Assembly (NCBI GenBank): GCA_045616265.1
Contig: JAZLGK010000211.1
Coordinates: 5,056 to 69,055 of the forward strand
Origin: Candidatus Limivicinus sp.
Lineage (GTDB): Bacteria > Bacillota > Clostridia > Oscillospirales > Oscillospiraceae
Direction of reading: 5' to 3'
Length of the DNA: 64,000 bases
Part shown: in pieces, positions 19,098 to 28,279 of the stretch
Numbering within the stretch: position 1 is the first letter of the stretch
Layout: the number at the start of each line of letters is the position of its first letter
Made by a program: the position numbers and the translations under genes
The notes under the pieces: generated by a model
What the model saw: only the letters and a program-made list of their open reading frames with translations
Told to the model about the DNA's origin: nothing
Database searches by the model: none

Positions 19098-19784
19098 ATG
19101 AAACGTTCAGAGATCAACGCATCCATAAAAGAGCTTGAAGCCATGTGCGCAAAGTGCGGTTTTCAGCTTCCGCCCTTCTGCAGCTACACCCCCGAGCAGT
19201 GGCAGACTCTCGGCCATGAGTACGATGAGATCAGGGACTGTATGCTCGGCTGGGACATCACCGACTACGGCTCCGGGGATTTCAACAAGATCGGCTTTTC
19301 CCTTATCACCATCCGCAACGGCAACCGCAAAATGGCTGACAAGTACCCCAAGGTCTATGCCGAAAAGATCCTTTATCTGCGCGAAAGCCAGTATGCGCTC
19401 AACCATTTCCACTGGTATAAGACCGAGGATATCATCAACCGCGGCGGCGGCAACGTTCTGATCCGTGTCTACAACTCTCTCCCCGATGAGTCCATCGACT
19501 ACGAAAGCGACGTGACCGTACATACCGACGGCAGGACCTACACCGTCCCCGCCGGCACGCAGGTTCGTCTGACTCCGGGCGAGAGCATCCATATCCAGCA
19601 GTATATGTACCATGATTTCTCCGTCGAAGCGGGCAGCGGTCCTGTCCTTCTGGGCGAAGTCAGCCAGTGCAACGACGACAATACCGACAACCGTTTCAAT
19701 CCTCCCGCAGGACGCTTCCCCGCCATCGATGAGGATGAGCCTCCCTACCGCCTCCTCTGCAACGAGTATCCTGAGGCAAAGTAA
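19098..19784 (+). CDS. D-lyxose/D-mannose ketol-isomerase (cupin)
   Basis: MKRSEINA...LPPF, LGWDITDYG, HFHWYKTEDIINRGGGNVLI, GESIHI and GEVSQCNDDNTDNRF match the D-lyxose isomerase family. ATG 19098 has AAGGAGA upstream. Confidence 0.85.
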   Translation: MKRSEINASIKELEAMCAKCGFQLPPFCSYTPEQWQTLGHEYDEIRDCMLGWDITDYGSGDFNKIGFSLITIRNGNRKMADKYPKVYAEKILYLRESQYALNHFHWYKTEDIINRGGGNVLIRVYNSLPDESIDYESDVTVHTDGRTYTVPAGTQVRLTPGESIHIQQYMYHDFSVEAGSGPVLLGEVSQCNDDNTDNRFNPPAGRFPAIDEDEPPYRLLCNEYPEAK

Positions 19785-19786
19785 GC

Positions 19787-20440
19787 ATGGTAAGAGAAGA
19801 CAGCATAAAGGATACCGCCAAAGAGCTTTTTACAAGATATGAAGCTCTTCGGCAGTGTGAAAGTGATATATGGGCAGCGTATGAACTGCTTGTCAAATGC
19901 TTTGAAAACGGCGGAAAGCTCCTGATCTGCGGCAGCGGCGGCAGCGCCTCGGACGCTCTGCACATCACGGGCGAGCTTATGAAATCGTTCATAACAAAAA
20001 GAGGCATTGATGCATCTGTCGCGGAGGAACTCAAAAAACGCTTTCCCGAGGATGCGGAATACCTCGTCGGCTCTTTGCAGGGCGCACTTCCGACCGTCGC
20101 GCTTGTGGAAAATTCCGCGCTGGCGACCGCCGTTCAGAACGATATCGCCGGTGATCTTGTCACCGCGCAGCAGGTGATCGGTCTCGGCAAAAGCGGAGAT
20201 GTGCTGCTTGCCATCTCCACCTCCGGCAACTCCCGCAGCGGCTCACTGGCCGTTGAGGTCGCCGCCGCGAAGGGTATGGGCACCATCGGCCTTACCGGGG
20301 CAGACGGCGGAAAATACAAGATGCTTTGCGACTGCACGATCCGCGTTCCGGAAAAGGAGACCTTTAAGGTGCAGGAGCTTCATTTACCCGTATACCATGC
20401 GCTCTGCCGTATGCTGGAAATCCACTTTTTCGGAGAATAA
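19787..20440 (+). CDS. SIS-domain phosphoheptose isomerase homologue (GmhA/DiaA family)
   Basis: Contains GGKLLICGSGGSASDALH, AISTSGNSRS, GLTGADGGK and KVQELHLPVYHALC, which are typical of GmhA. Confidence 0.75.
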   Translation: MVREDSIKDTAKELFTRYEALRQCESDIWAAYELLVKCFENGGKLLICGSGGSASDALHITGELMKSFITKRGIDASVAEELKKRFPEDAEYLVGSLQGALPTVALVENSALATAVQNDIAGDLVTAQQVIGLGKSGDVLLAISTSGNSRSGSLAVEVAAAKGMGTIGLTGADGGKYKMLCDCTIRVPEKETFKVQELHLPVYHALCRMLEIHFFGE

Positions 20441-20442
20441 AC

Positions 20443-21486
20443 ATGATTTATCTCGGACTTGACATCGGCGGAACAAAATGCGCCGTTATCCTCGGAAAAA
20501 GCGCTGACGGAGCGCCCGAAATTCTCGGCAGGCTTTCTTTTGCCACCGGCTCCGCCGCCTCCCCCGAAGAAGCTCTTGAAAAAATGTGCGCTTTGGGTGA
20601 TGAGCTTATCAGCGAACACGGAGTATCAAAGGAGAGCATATCGGCAATAGGCATAAGCTGCGGCGGCCCTCTTGACAGCAGAAAAGGGCTGATCTGTTCG
20701 CCCCCAAACCTCCCCGGCTGGGATAAAATTCCCGCGGCGGAGATCGTCCGCTCTCACTTCGGCGCACCCGTTCTGCTTCAGAACGACGCCAACGCCGGGG
20801 CGCTTGCCGAATGGAAGTTCGGTGCGGGGCGTGGGTGCGAAAGTATGGTCTTTATCACCTTCGGCACGGGCTGCGGTGCGGGACTGATACTTGACGGCAG
20901 ACTGTATTCCGGAACGAACGACAACGCCGGGGAATGCGGACATATCCGTCTTACGGACTTCGGGCCGGTCGGCTACGGAAAGGCAGGCTCCGTCGAGGGC
21001 TACTGCAGCGGCGGCGGCATCGCCCAGTTGGGGCAGACGTACCTCTATGAAATGGTTCAGCAGGGCGCAAAGTCGGAGCTTGCCAATCTGTACCGCTCCG
21101 GCACGGAGATCACGGCAAAGCTTTTAGCGGATTATGCCCGAAAGGGCGACGGGACGGCAAAACGTGTTTTTGATGTTTCCGCCGCAATGCTCGGAAAGTC
21201 GCTTTCCATGATCATTGACCTTCTCAACCCCGAGCGTATCATAATCGGCGGAGTGTTCGCACGCTGTACCGACCTTCTCCTTGAGGGCTGTGAAAAAGTC
21301 ATACACTGCGAAGCGCTTGCGCCTGCCGCAAATGTCTGCCGTGTTCTGCCTGCGGGACTTGGTGAGCGGATCGGTGACTATGCCGCCCTTGCGGTCGCGA
21401 AATATCTTGCCGATTCGGGCGTTGTATCCGGACAAAAAGTATGGGAACAGGGATCCCTTTTGTCTGCATCCTGTTTGAATTTTTGA
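20443..21486 (+). CDS. ROK-family sugar kinase (no HTH; lacks the canonical CxCGxxGCxE zinc motif)
   Basis: Has the ATP-binding N-terminus LGLDIGGTKCAV, then NDANAGALAE and GECGHIRL. Confidence 0.8.
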   Translation: MIYLGLDIGGTKCAVILGKSADGAPEILGRLSFATGSAASPEEALEKMCALGDELISEHGVSKESISAIGISCGGPLDSRKGLICSPPNLPGWDKIPAAEIVRSHFGAPVLLQNDANAGALAEWKFGAGRGCESMVFITFGTGCGAGLILDGRLYSGTNDNAGECGHIRLTDFGPVGYGKAGSVEGYCSGGGIAQLGQTYLYEMVQQGAKSELANLYRSGTEITAKLLADYARKGDGTAKRVFDVSAAMLGKSLSMIIDLLNPERIIIGGVFARCTDLLLEGCEKVIHCEALAPAANVCRVLPAGLGERIGDYAALAVAKYLADSGVVSGQKVWEQGSLLSASCLNF

Positions 21487-21504
21487 AAATGTGAGGAAAT
21501 AAGA

Positions 21505-22539
21505 TTGGCCACCATAGAAGACGTTGCAGAAAAGGCAGGCGTTTCACGCATGACGGTCTCCCGCGTTATCAATAACAGCGGGTATGTGAGTGCCGCAACC
21601 AGAACCCGGGTCGAGGAAGTTATTAAGGCGATGAATTTCAAACCGAATATGCTTGCCAAGGCTCTGGCCACTCAACAGCAGAAGACTCTTGCATATGTTA
21701 TGGTCAATATCTCAGATCCTTTTCACAACCTGGTCAAGCAGGGGTTTGAATCGATCGCCTACCACAGCGGGTATATCGGCATTATGTGTGATGTGCATTC
21801 TGCCGCAAGACAGCAGGACTATATTGACATCTTTCAGGAGAACAGGACCGGCGGTGTGGCATTCCACCATCTGGCGATCACCCGGGATATTATTGATGAG
21901 CTTGAACGGAGCGGCACGAAATGTGTGCTCATTGATAATGAATTTGATATTCCCTCCGTATCGAGCGTAAATACGGACAATTACCTCGGAGCGCAGATGG
22001 CGGTTGACCATCTATTTGAGCGGGGCTACCGCCGGATAGGCTGTATTCACGGAATACTCGAGCCGTATGACGGCGGCGAGAACGTCCCCTACGAGGATAC
22101 CTTTCAGTTTCGCATATGGCAGCAGCGTTCGGACGGCTTTCTGGACGCCATGTCAAAATATTCTCTTGCGCCGGCGGTGTTTTACACCTGCAACGGCAGA
22201 GCGGATATTGCGGAGAAGCAGTCGGAAGATATCGTCGAAAAGCTTCTTGCCATGGAGGAGCCTCCGGATGCGCTCTATTGCGAGAACGATACCATAGCGC
22301 TGGCGATCCTGAAAAGACTGCAGGAACATAACGTGAAAGTCCCCGGGCAGATAGCGCTGATCGGGCATGACGGACTGGACGTGATCCGTCTTCTGCATCC
22401 GGAAATAACGACTATTGCGCAGCCCCGCTATCAGATGGGGTGCCTTGCCGCAAAACTGCTGATCGATGCCATTGAAAGGAAAACGAAGCCGGAACATATT
22501 GTCCTGGGTCCGAGCCTTTCCGTAGGGGAGACTACATAA
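21505..22539 (+). CDS. LacI-family transcriptional regulator (TTG start)
   Basis: MATIEDVAEKAGVSRMTVSRVINNSGYVSAATRTRVEEVIKAMNFKPN is a canonical LacI HTH, followed by a PBP-like effector domain. Confidence 0.9.
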   Translation: MATIEDVAEKAGVSRMTVSRVINNSGYVSAATRTRVEEVIKAMNFKPNMLAKALATQQQKTLAYVMVNISDPFHNLVKQGFESIAYHSGYIGIMCDVHSAARQQDYIDIFQENRTGGVAFHHLAITRDIIDELERSGTKCVLIDNEFDIPSVSSVNTDNYLGAQMAVDHLFERGYRRIGCIHGILEPYDGGENVPYEDTFQFRIWQQRSDGFLDAMSKYSLAPAVFYTCNGRADIAEKQSEDIVEKLLAMEEPPDALYCENDTIALAILKRLQEHNVKVPGQIALIGHDGLDVIRLLHPEITTIAQPRYQMGCLAAKLLIDAIERKTKPEHIVLGPSLSVGETT

Positions 22540-22593
22540 CAGAATAACGGGGCTGACGTATCATGCAGCGATACATCAGCCCCGTTATTCTGT
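22539..22593. terminator. Bidirectional terminator between convergent genes
   Basis: 17-bp perfect inverted repeat ACAGAATAACGGGGCTG / CAGCCCCGTTATTCTGT. Confidence 0.7.
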
Positions 22594-22598
22594 TTCGG

Positions 22599-23837
22599 TT
22601 ACGGATTATCGATCAGAACGACCGATACATCGTTGACGTTCGTTCCGGTGGGACCGGTCACGATCAGTCCGCCGATGGATCGAAGGGCGTGATAGGAGTC
22701 GTTGTTTTCCAGTACGGCGGCATGATCGAGTCCCTTTTCTGCCAGCGCGTCCATGGTATCCCCATCAACGTAGCCTCCCGCGGCATCTGTGGGACCGTCG
22801 GTCCCGTCGCTGCCGACGCTGAATACCGCAGCATTTTTTATCCCTCGAATCTCCGCCGCAGCCGAGAGAGCAAGCTCCTGATTCCGTCCGCCGAGTCCGC
22901 TGCCCTTGAGATGCACGACGGTCTCGCCGCCTGCAATATAAGCCCTCTTAGCTCCGTCTCTTTGATGAGTGACGGCGATCGACGACAGGAAGCGCCCGGC
23001 CTGCGAAGCCTCACACCCGAGAGTGTCGGTCAGAATGATCGGTTCATAACCGAGAGTTTTGCATATATCCGCCGTCGCCCTGCACAGATGTGTGACGTTG
23101 CCCGTGATGCAGGTCGTCACATTTTCCACGGTTTTGGGGGTTTCGGTACGGATGATCTTCTCTGCCTCGGCGGAGAGCTTTATTCCGTATTTTCGGATGA
23201 TCGCTTCCGCATCCGCGCAGGTACTGCTGTCGGGAAACGCGGGACCGCTTGCGATCATATCCAGAGGGTCACCCACAATATCGCTCAGCACGACGCAATA
23301 AACGGAAGCCGGAGCGCAGAGCCGACCGAATCTGCCGCCCTTGACCGCGCTCAGTCTTTTCCTTATGGTATTTATCTCGGTAATGGCCGCACCGCAGGCT
23401 AAAAGCTGAGAAGTGATGTCCCGAAGCTCATCAAGGGGTACAAGGGGCTTTTCAAACAGGGCGCTGCCGCCGCCGGAAAGCAGAAGCAGTACGGTATCCT
23501 CAGCACGGAGACCGCTGACGGTGCGAATAGCTTCGGCGGTACTTTTCACGGAGTTTTCGTCCGGCAGAGGGTGCCCTGCTTCATAACAGGGGATGGAGCC
23601 GATCTCACCTTTCACATGACCGTATTTTGTGATAACGATCCCCCGGTCGATCCGCTCGGAAAGAATCTCATAAGCGGCTTTTGCCATCTGCCAGGCGGCT
23701 TTTCCAACGGAGACCAGTACGATCCTTCCGGGAAAGTCGGCTTTTTCAAGAGCCCGTTTGACCGCCTTGTCCGGCAGAACGGAACGGATCGCGTACTCAA
23801 TGATCTCATCTGCGTCTTCTCTCAGTTTTGTGTTCAT
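22599..23837 (-). CDS. Glycerate 2-kinase (DUF4147 + MOFRL; GckA/TtuD type)
   Basis: Contains VGKAAWQMAKAA and LLLLSGGGSALFE. The C-terminal GSDGTDGPTDAAGGYVD and GPTGTNVND are MOFRL signatures. Confidence 0.8.
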   Translation of the reverse strand: MNTKLREDADEIIEYAIRSVLPDKAVKRALEKADFPGRIVLVSVGKAAWQMAKAAYEILSERIDRGIVITKYGHVKGEIGSIPCYEAGHPLPDENSVKSTAEAIRTVSGLRAEDTVLLLLSGGGSALFEKPLVPLDELRDITSQLLACGAAITEINTIRKRLSAVKGGRFGRLCAPASVYCVVLSDIVGDPLDMIASGPAFPDSSTCADAEAIIRKYGIKLSAEAEKIIRTETPKTVENVTTCITGNVTHLCRATADICKTLGYEPIILTDTLGCEASQAGRFLSSIAVTHQRDGAKRAYIAGGETVVHLKGSGLGGRNQELALSAAAEIRGIKNAAVFSVGSDGTDGPTDAAGGYVDGDTMDALAEKGLDHAAVLENNDSYHALRSIGGLIVTGPTGTNVNDVSVVLIDNP

Positions 23838-23950
23838 ATTCGTCCTCTCTTACTTATGACGGATTTCCGTTTTGTCCAATATAGCATAAACTACGGCAAA
23901 AGAAAATTAAAAAAATATATATAAATCGGTGTTGACAGAATAAAAAACTC

Positions 23951-23979
23951 TTGACTCTTTTTGACAGCTAATTTATAAT
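23951..23979 (+). promoter_or_regulatory. Promoter of the third ABC importer operon
   Basis: TTGACT, 17-nt spacer, TATAAT. Confidence 0.55.
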
Positions 23980-24040
23980 TCTACACAGATAAGCCATGCC
24001 AAAACATGGTGACGAAAAAATTTTATGGAGGAATAACCAA

Positions 24041-24967
24041 ATGAAGAAAGCCATTTCCATTATTCTGGTACTCGTTATGATCCTCGCAATGAGCACCTGT
24101 GCATTCGCAGAAGGCAAAAAGATCGTTTTCCTGCCCCCCGCCATGACCAGCCCCTTCTACGCATCCTGCATTGAGGGTGCAGAGCCTGTAGCAGAAGCTC
24201 TCGGCTATGAGCTCGAAGTTCTCGCTCCCAAATCCGAAGACGACTATGAAGGCTACAAGTCCCTCATGGAAGACGCTATCACCAGCGGCGCTGCAGGTCT
24301 TGCCTGCTGCTGCATCGACCTTGAAGCCGTTACTGCAGGTATCAAGGATGCAAATGCTGCCGGTATCCCTGTTGTCATGTTCAACACCATTACCGAGCTC
24401 GAAGGCGTTGATGTATACGCCTACTCCGGCTACAACCAGTACAACGGCGGCGCCAAGATCGCTGACTGGGTCAATGAGCAGACCGGCGGCAAAGCCAATG
24501 TCGCTATCATCGAAGGTCTCCCCTCTGACTACACCACCCAGCGTATGGGCGGCTTCGTTGACAGATGCAAGGAAGTTTACCCCGACATCGTTCTTGTTGC
24601 TTCTCAGCCCGGTGACTGGGTGCGTGAGACCGGTATGAACGCCGCTATGGATATGATCCAGGCTCACCCCGAAATCAATGTTATCTACGGTCTGTCCGAT
24701 GAGATGGCTCTCGGTGCAGTTCAGGCCTGCAAGCAGCTTGGCCGTGACGACATCATCTGCGTCGGTCTCGACGGCAATCCCAATGCATTTGAGTCCGTTA
24801 AGGCCGGTGAGCTCACCGCTACTCTCGACTGCGGCCCCGTTGCTATCGGTGCAAACGCGATCAAGGCAGTAGCAGAGGCTATTGACGGTGTTGCAAGAGA
24901 AGAGAAGGTCATTGAGGCTGAGACCACTGTTGTTGACCTCACTCTCGTTGACGATTACCTCAAGTAA
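24041..24967 (+). CDS. Sugar ABC transporter substrate-binding protein
   Basis: Signal peptide MKKAISIILVLVMILAMSTCAFA followed by a PBP type I sequence. GGAGGA lies 9 nt upstream of ATG 24041. Confidence 0.85.
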   Translation: MKKAISIILVLVMILAMSTCAFAEGKKIVFLPPAMTSPFYASCIEGAEPVAEALGYELEVLAPKSEDDYEGYKSLMEDAITSGAAGLACCCIDLEAVTAGIKDANAAGIPVVMFNTITELEGVDVYAYSGYNQYNGGAKIADWVNEQTGGKANVAIIEGLPSDYTTQRMGGFVDRCKEVYPDIVLVASQPGDWVRETGMNAAMDMIQAHPEINVIYGLSDEMALGAVQACKQLGRDDIICVGLDGNPNAFESVKAGELTATLDCGPVAIGANAIKAVAEAIDGVAREEKVIEAETTVVDLTLVDDYLK

Positions 24968-24985
24968 TATCATCCGACGTGAATT

Positions 24986-25015
24986 GCGGCGGCGCTTACA
25001 CGCGCCGCCGTTTTT
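24986..25015 (+). terminator. Intrinsic terminator or attenuator after the SBP gene
   Basis: GC-rich stem GCGGCGGCG / CGCCGCCG followed by TTTTT. Confidence 0.65.
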
Positions 25016-25061
25016 AAATCTCAGTTCTTATATGGACCAATAGAAGGAGAAAATATAATAT

Positions 25062-25193
25062 GTTTTTAAGGCAGCTTTGCCGCCTTAAAAACACTCTAAG
25101 GCGAGCATAGCGAGCCCTCACGTCGACCAAGCGACTGAAGGGAGCGCGATAAACGCGAGTTATCGATTATAAAACGAAGTTTTGTAATCGATT
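25062..25193. repeat. Structured intergenic repeat, copy A (~130 nt; inverted copy at 46873-47008)
   Basis: Aligns along its length with the reverse complement of 46873-47008. Both copies have hairpins at each end. Confidence 0.7.
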
Positions 25194-25214
25194 GAAATGA
25201 TAGGAGTTGAAGGC

Positions 25215-26717
25215 ATGGCAGTATTTCTTGAGATGAAGAACATCGTTAAGCAGTTCCCCGGTGTTCTTGCTCTGGATCATGTTAATCTGAAAGTAAATAA
25301 AGGCGAAGTTCATGCTCTCCTCGGTGAAAACGGCGCGGGAAAGTCCACACTGATGAAGGTGCTCTCCGGCGCGTACAGCAAGGACGAGGGCGAGATCCTT
25401 TTTGAAGGAAAACCGGTCGAGATCCATTCCGCGCAGGACGCTCAGGCTCTGAATATCAGCACGATCTATCAGGAACTGAACCTTACGGATCAGCTTACAG
25501 TCGCCGAGAATATTTACATGGGCCGCCAGATCATGAAAAACAGGTTCATGGTTGATTGGAAAACCATGTATAAAGAAGCGCAGAGCATTCTGGACGATCT
25601 GGATGTCGGTATAGATTCCCACACTTTGGTGGGCGATCTCGGTGTTGCACACAAACAGATGGTGGAAGTGGCAAAAGCGCTGTCCATCAATTCAAAGGTT
25701 CTGATTCTGGATGAACCTACCGCTCCTCTGACAAATCATGAAATTGAGATTCTGTTTAACACGATTAGGAAGCTCAAGAGCAGAGGGGTCGCCATTATCT
25801 ATATTTCGCACCGTCTAGAAGAGGTCATGGAGATCTGCGACAGAGCGACCATCATGCGGGACGGGCAGAATGTGACCGAACTTAATGTTGCTGACACGAA
25901 TCTCGATGAGATCATTAAATATATGGTCGGCCGCGAGCTGAAGGAAAAATTCCCCAAGATCCATGTTGAGCCGGGGAAGGAAAGACTCCGGGTCGATAAC
26001 ATCAGTGCCGGCAAGCGCGTAAAGGGTGTTTCTCTTTCCGCCAGAGGCGGCGAAATTCTGGGGATCGCGGGACTTGTGGGCGCCGGTCGGACCGAGACCG
26101 CAAGGGCGATTTTCGGTATGGATCCGAAGGAATCCGGGGATATCTATGTAGACGGCGAGAAGGTCGCGATCACGCAGCCCCTGGATGCCATCAAAGCGGG
26201 GATAGGCTTTGTCACCGAGGACAGAAAGCTGGAAGGACTTGTCCTCACCATGTCGGTCGGGCAGAACATCACGCTGGCGACGCTGGATAAATTCGGTAAC
26301 TCAGTCAAGCTTGATCTGGGCGAGGAAAAGAAGACGGTCCTTGATTATATTGACAAGCTCAATATTAAAACCCCGTCCCATTTGCAGTTGACAAGAAATC
26401 TTTCCGGAGGAAACCAACAGAAGGTCGTTCTTGCTAAATGGCTGCTGAGTAATTCCAAAGTAATTATCTTTGATGAACCTACCCGCGGAATTGACGTCGG
26501 CGCTAAGATCGAAGTTTATAACATTATCAATTCTTTGATCAGAGAAGGTGTTGCGGTTATTATGATCTCTTCGGAGCTTCCGGAGATCCTCGGAATGTCC
26601 GACCGTGTGGCGGTCATGCACCAGGGAGAAATAACGGGCGTGTTCAACAATGACGGTACTCTTACGCAGGAAAAGATCCTTTATTATGCCACCGGCGGCG
26701 ATAAGCATACCGCATGA
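25215..26717 (+). CDS. Sugar ABC transporter ATP-binding protein (two NBDs)
   Basis: Contains GENGAGKSTLMK, LILDEPTAPL, LSGGNQQKVVLAKWL and IIFDEPTRGID; RBS TAGGAG lies upstream of ATG 25215. Confidence 0.9.
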   Translation: MAVFLEMKNIVKQFPGVLALDHVNLKVNKGEVHALLGENGAGKSTLMKVLSGAYSKDEGEILFEGKPVEIHSAQDAQALNISTIYQELNLTDQLTVAENIYMGRQIMKNRFMVDWKTMYKEAQSILDDLDVGIDSHTLVGDLGVAHKQMVEVAKALSINSKVLILDEPTAPLTNHEIEILFNTIRKLKSRGVAIIYISHRLEEVMEICDRATIMRDGQNVTELNVADTNLDEIIKYMVGRELKEKFPKIHVEPGKERLRVDNISAGKRVKGVSLSARGGEILGIAGLVGAGRTETARAIFGMDPKESGDIYVDGEKVAITQPLDAIKAGIGFVTEDRKLEGLVLTMSVGQNITLATLDKFGNSVKLDLGEEKKTVLDYIDKLNIKTPSHLQLTRNLSGGNQQKVVLAKWLLSNSKVIIFDEPTRGIDVGAKIEVYNIINSLIREGVAVIMISSELPEILGMSDRVAVMHQGEITGVFNNDGTLTQEKILYYATGGDKHTA

Positions 26718-26747
26718 TCACCGAAAGAAAGGTTTGGAAACAGAGTT

Positions 26748-28049
26748 ATGAAGAAAAGTCTGAAAACTGTATTTGTTATCTGCATTGCACTGGCTGTACT
26801 GCTGGGTGCACTTGCACTCTATGCATCGGCACAGGAAAGCCGTCTGCTGGAAATTCAGGATCAGCAGGCTGCGAGAAAACAGGCGCTTGCCAAGATCAAG
26901 GCGGCGGATGTCCTCGGCATCGACCCGGCTACGGTCGTTGTGCCCGATGAGGTCGAGCTGACGTCGTTCGATGAATTTATTCTGAAGGTTTATGACAGCA
27001 GCCGTCTGCTTTGGGTTCTTGTAATAGACCTTCTCATCATCGGCGTGGGCGGACTTATTTACGGCATAATAAAGCAGAAAAAAGCCGCTTCCGGTGCGGC
27101 AAAGAAGCTGGGTTCCTCCAATAATGTCATCGGTATCGTTATCGCGCTGGCGGCGCTGTGTCTTGACCTTACCATCGCTTCGCCCGTGTTCCTTACGGCG
27201 AGCAACTTCCTGAATGTTTTCCAGCAGATATCCATCAACTTCGTCATTGCCGTCGGTATGACTTTTGTTATCATTTCCGGTGGTATCGACCTTTCGGTTG
27301 GCTCCAACATCGCTCTGTCCGGCCTGCTGATGGGTATTCTGATGAAGAATTACAATGTTCCTGTTCCTGTGACCATTTTTGCCTGCATTGCCTTCTCCGG
27401 TCTGGTCGGTCTTGTCAACGGCGTGCTGATCTCTTTCCTTGACCTGCCCCCGTTCATCGCCACCCTCGGCACCATGTCCATCGTCCGCGGCGCGGCATAC
27501 ACTGTTACCGGCGGACAGCCGATCTACACTTTCCCGAAGGGCTTCACCGGCATTGCCGGCCGTGTCGGCGGTATTCCTCTCTGGTCTACGCTCATCATGA
27601 TCGCGGTTATGATCATAGGCTGGTATATCCTTAAGTACACCCGTGTCGGACGCTTTACATACGCCATCGGCGGCAACGAGAACTGCGCGAAGCTCTCCGG
27701 CATCAACCTCAAAAAGGTAAAGTGCTTTGTCTATATGTTCAGCGGACTGTGCTGCGGCGTGGCGGCGCTGCTGCTCAGCGCAAGACTTGACTCTGCCGTT
27801 CCCACCAATGCAGACGGTCAGGAGATGGACGCCATTGCAGCCGTTGTTATCGGCGGAACCTCCATGTCCGGCGGCGAAGGCTCCATGATCGGAACGCTCA
27901 TCGGTATTCTCATTATCGGCATCATTTCCAACGGTCTTAACCTTCTGGGCGTCGCACAGGGACCGCAGAAGATGGTCAAGGGTTTTATCATTGTCGTGGC
28001 TGTCGTCATCGACGTGATCCGCCGCAAGGCCTCCGAGTCCGTCAAGTAA
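26748..28049 (+). CDS. Sugar ABC transporter permease with a ~110-aa N-terminal extension (two extra TM segments)
   Basis: The core has GGIDLSVGS and GGNENCAKLSGINL motifs. The N-terminal extension has a signal-anchor and a second TM helix. Confidence 0.8.
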   Translation: MKKSLKTVFVICIALAVLLGALALYASAQESRLLEIQDQQAARKQALAKIKAADVLGIDPATVVVPDEVELTSFDEFILKVYDSSRLLWVLVIDLLIIGVGGLIYGIIKQKKAASGAAKKLGSSNNVIGIVIALAALCLDLTIASPVFLTASNFLNVFQQISINFVIAVGMTFVIISGGIDLSVGSNIALSGLLMGILMKNYNVPVPVTIFACIAFSGLVGLVNGVLISFLDLPPFIATLGTMSIVRGAAYTVTGGQPIYTFPKGFTGIAGRVGGIPLWSTLIMIAVMIIGWYILKYTRVGRFTYAIGGNENCAKLSGINLKKVKCFVYMFSGLCCGVAALLLSARLDSAVPTNADGQEMDAIAAVVIGGTSMSGGEGSMIGTLIGILIIGIISNGLNLLGVAQGPQKMVKGFIIVVAVVIDVIRRKASESVK

Positions 28050-28075
28050 TACAAACTTTCAGTGAGAACCTGATT

Positions 28076-28122
28076 AATCCGAACGTTTTCTTTATTTGGA
28101 AAGTGTTCGGATTTGTTTTTTT
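28076..28122 (+). terminator. Intrinsic terminator of the third ABC operon
   Basis: AATCCGAAC / GTTCGGATT stem followed by TGTTTTTTT. Confidence 0.7.
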
Positions 28123-28213
28123 AATCATCTTGTCATTCCTTTGCTTCGCGTGATAAGATGCAGCAATTTCATTACTATCTGTGCCGACGCGAAGCGGCGG
28201 AATGGATGATTAA
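28121..28213. repeat. ~93-bp palindromic intergenic element
   Basis: TTAATCATC..GTCATTCC..GCTTCGCG pairs with CGCGAAGC..GGAATGG..GATGATTAA. Confidence 0.5.
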
Positions 28214-28279
28214 TATGTCATAAGGATAAAACCCGTTTTTCCCGGAAAAAATAGAATACGGATTTTTGGAGGGGAAACG

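Noticed and set aside
23920-23980. Three TTGAC(A/T) boxes in 45 bp upstream of the third ABC operon, possibly a repeated operator.
   Set aside because: One box is explained as the -35 of a TTGACT-17-TATAAT promoter. The others have no symmetric partner, so there is not enough evidence for a distinct regulatory site.
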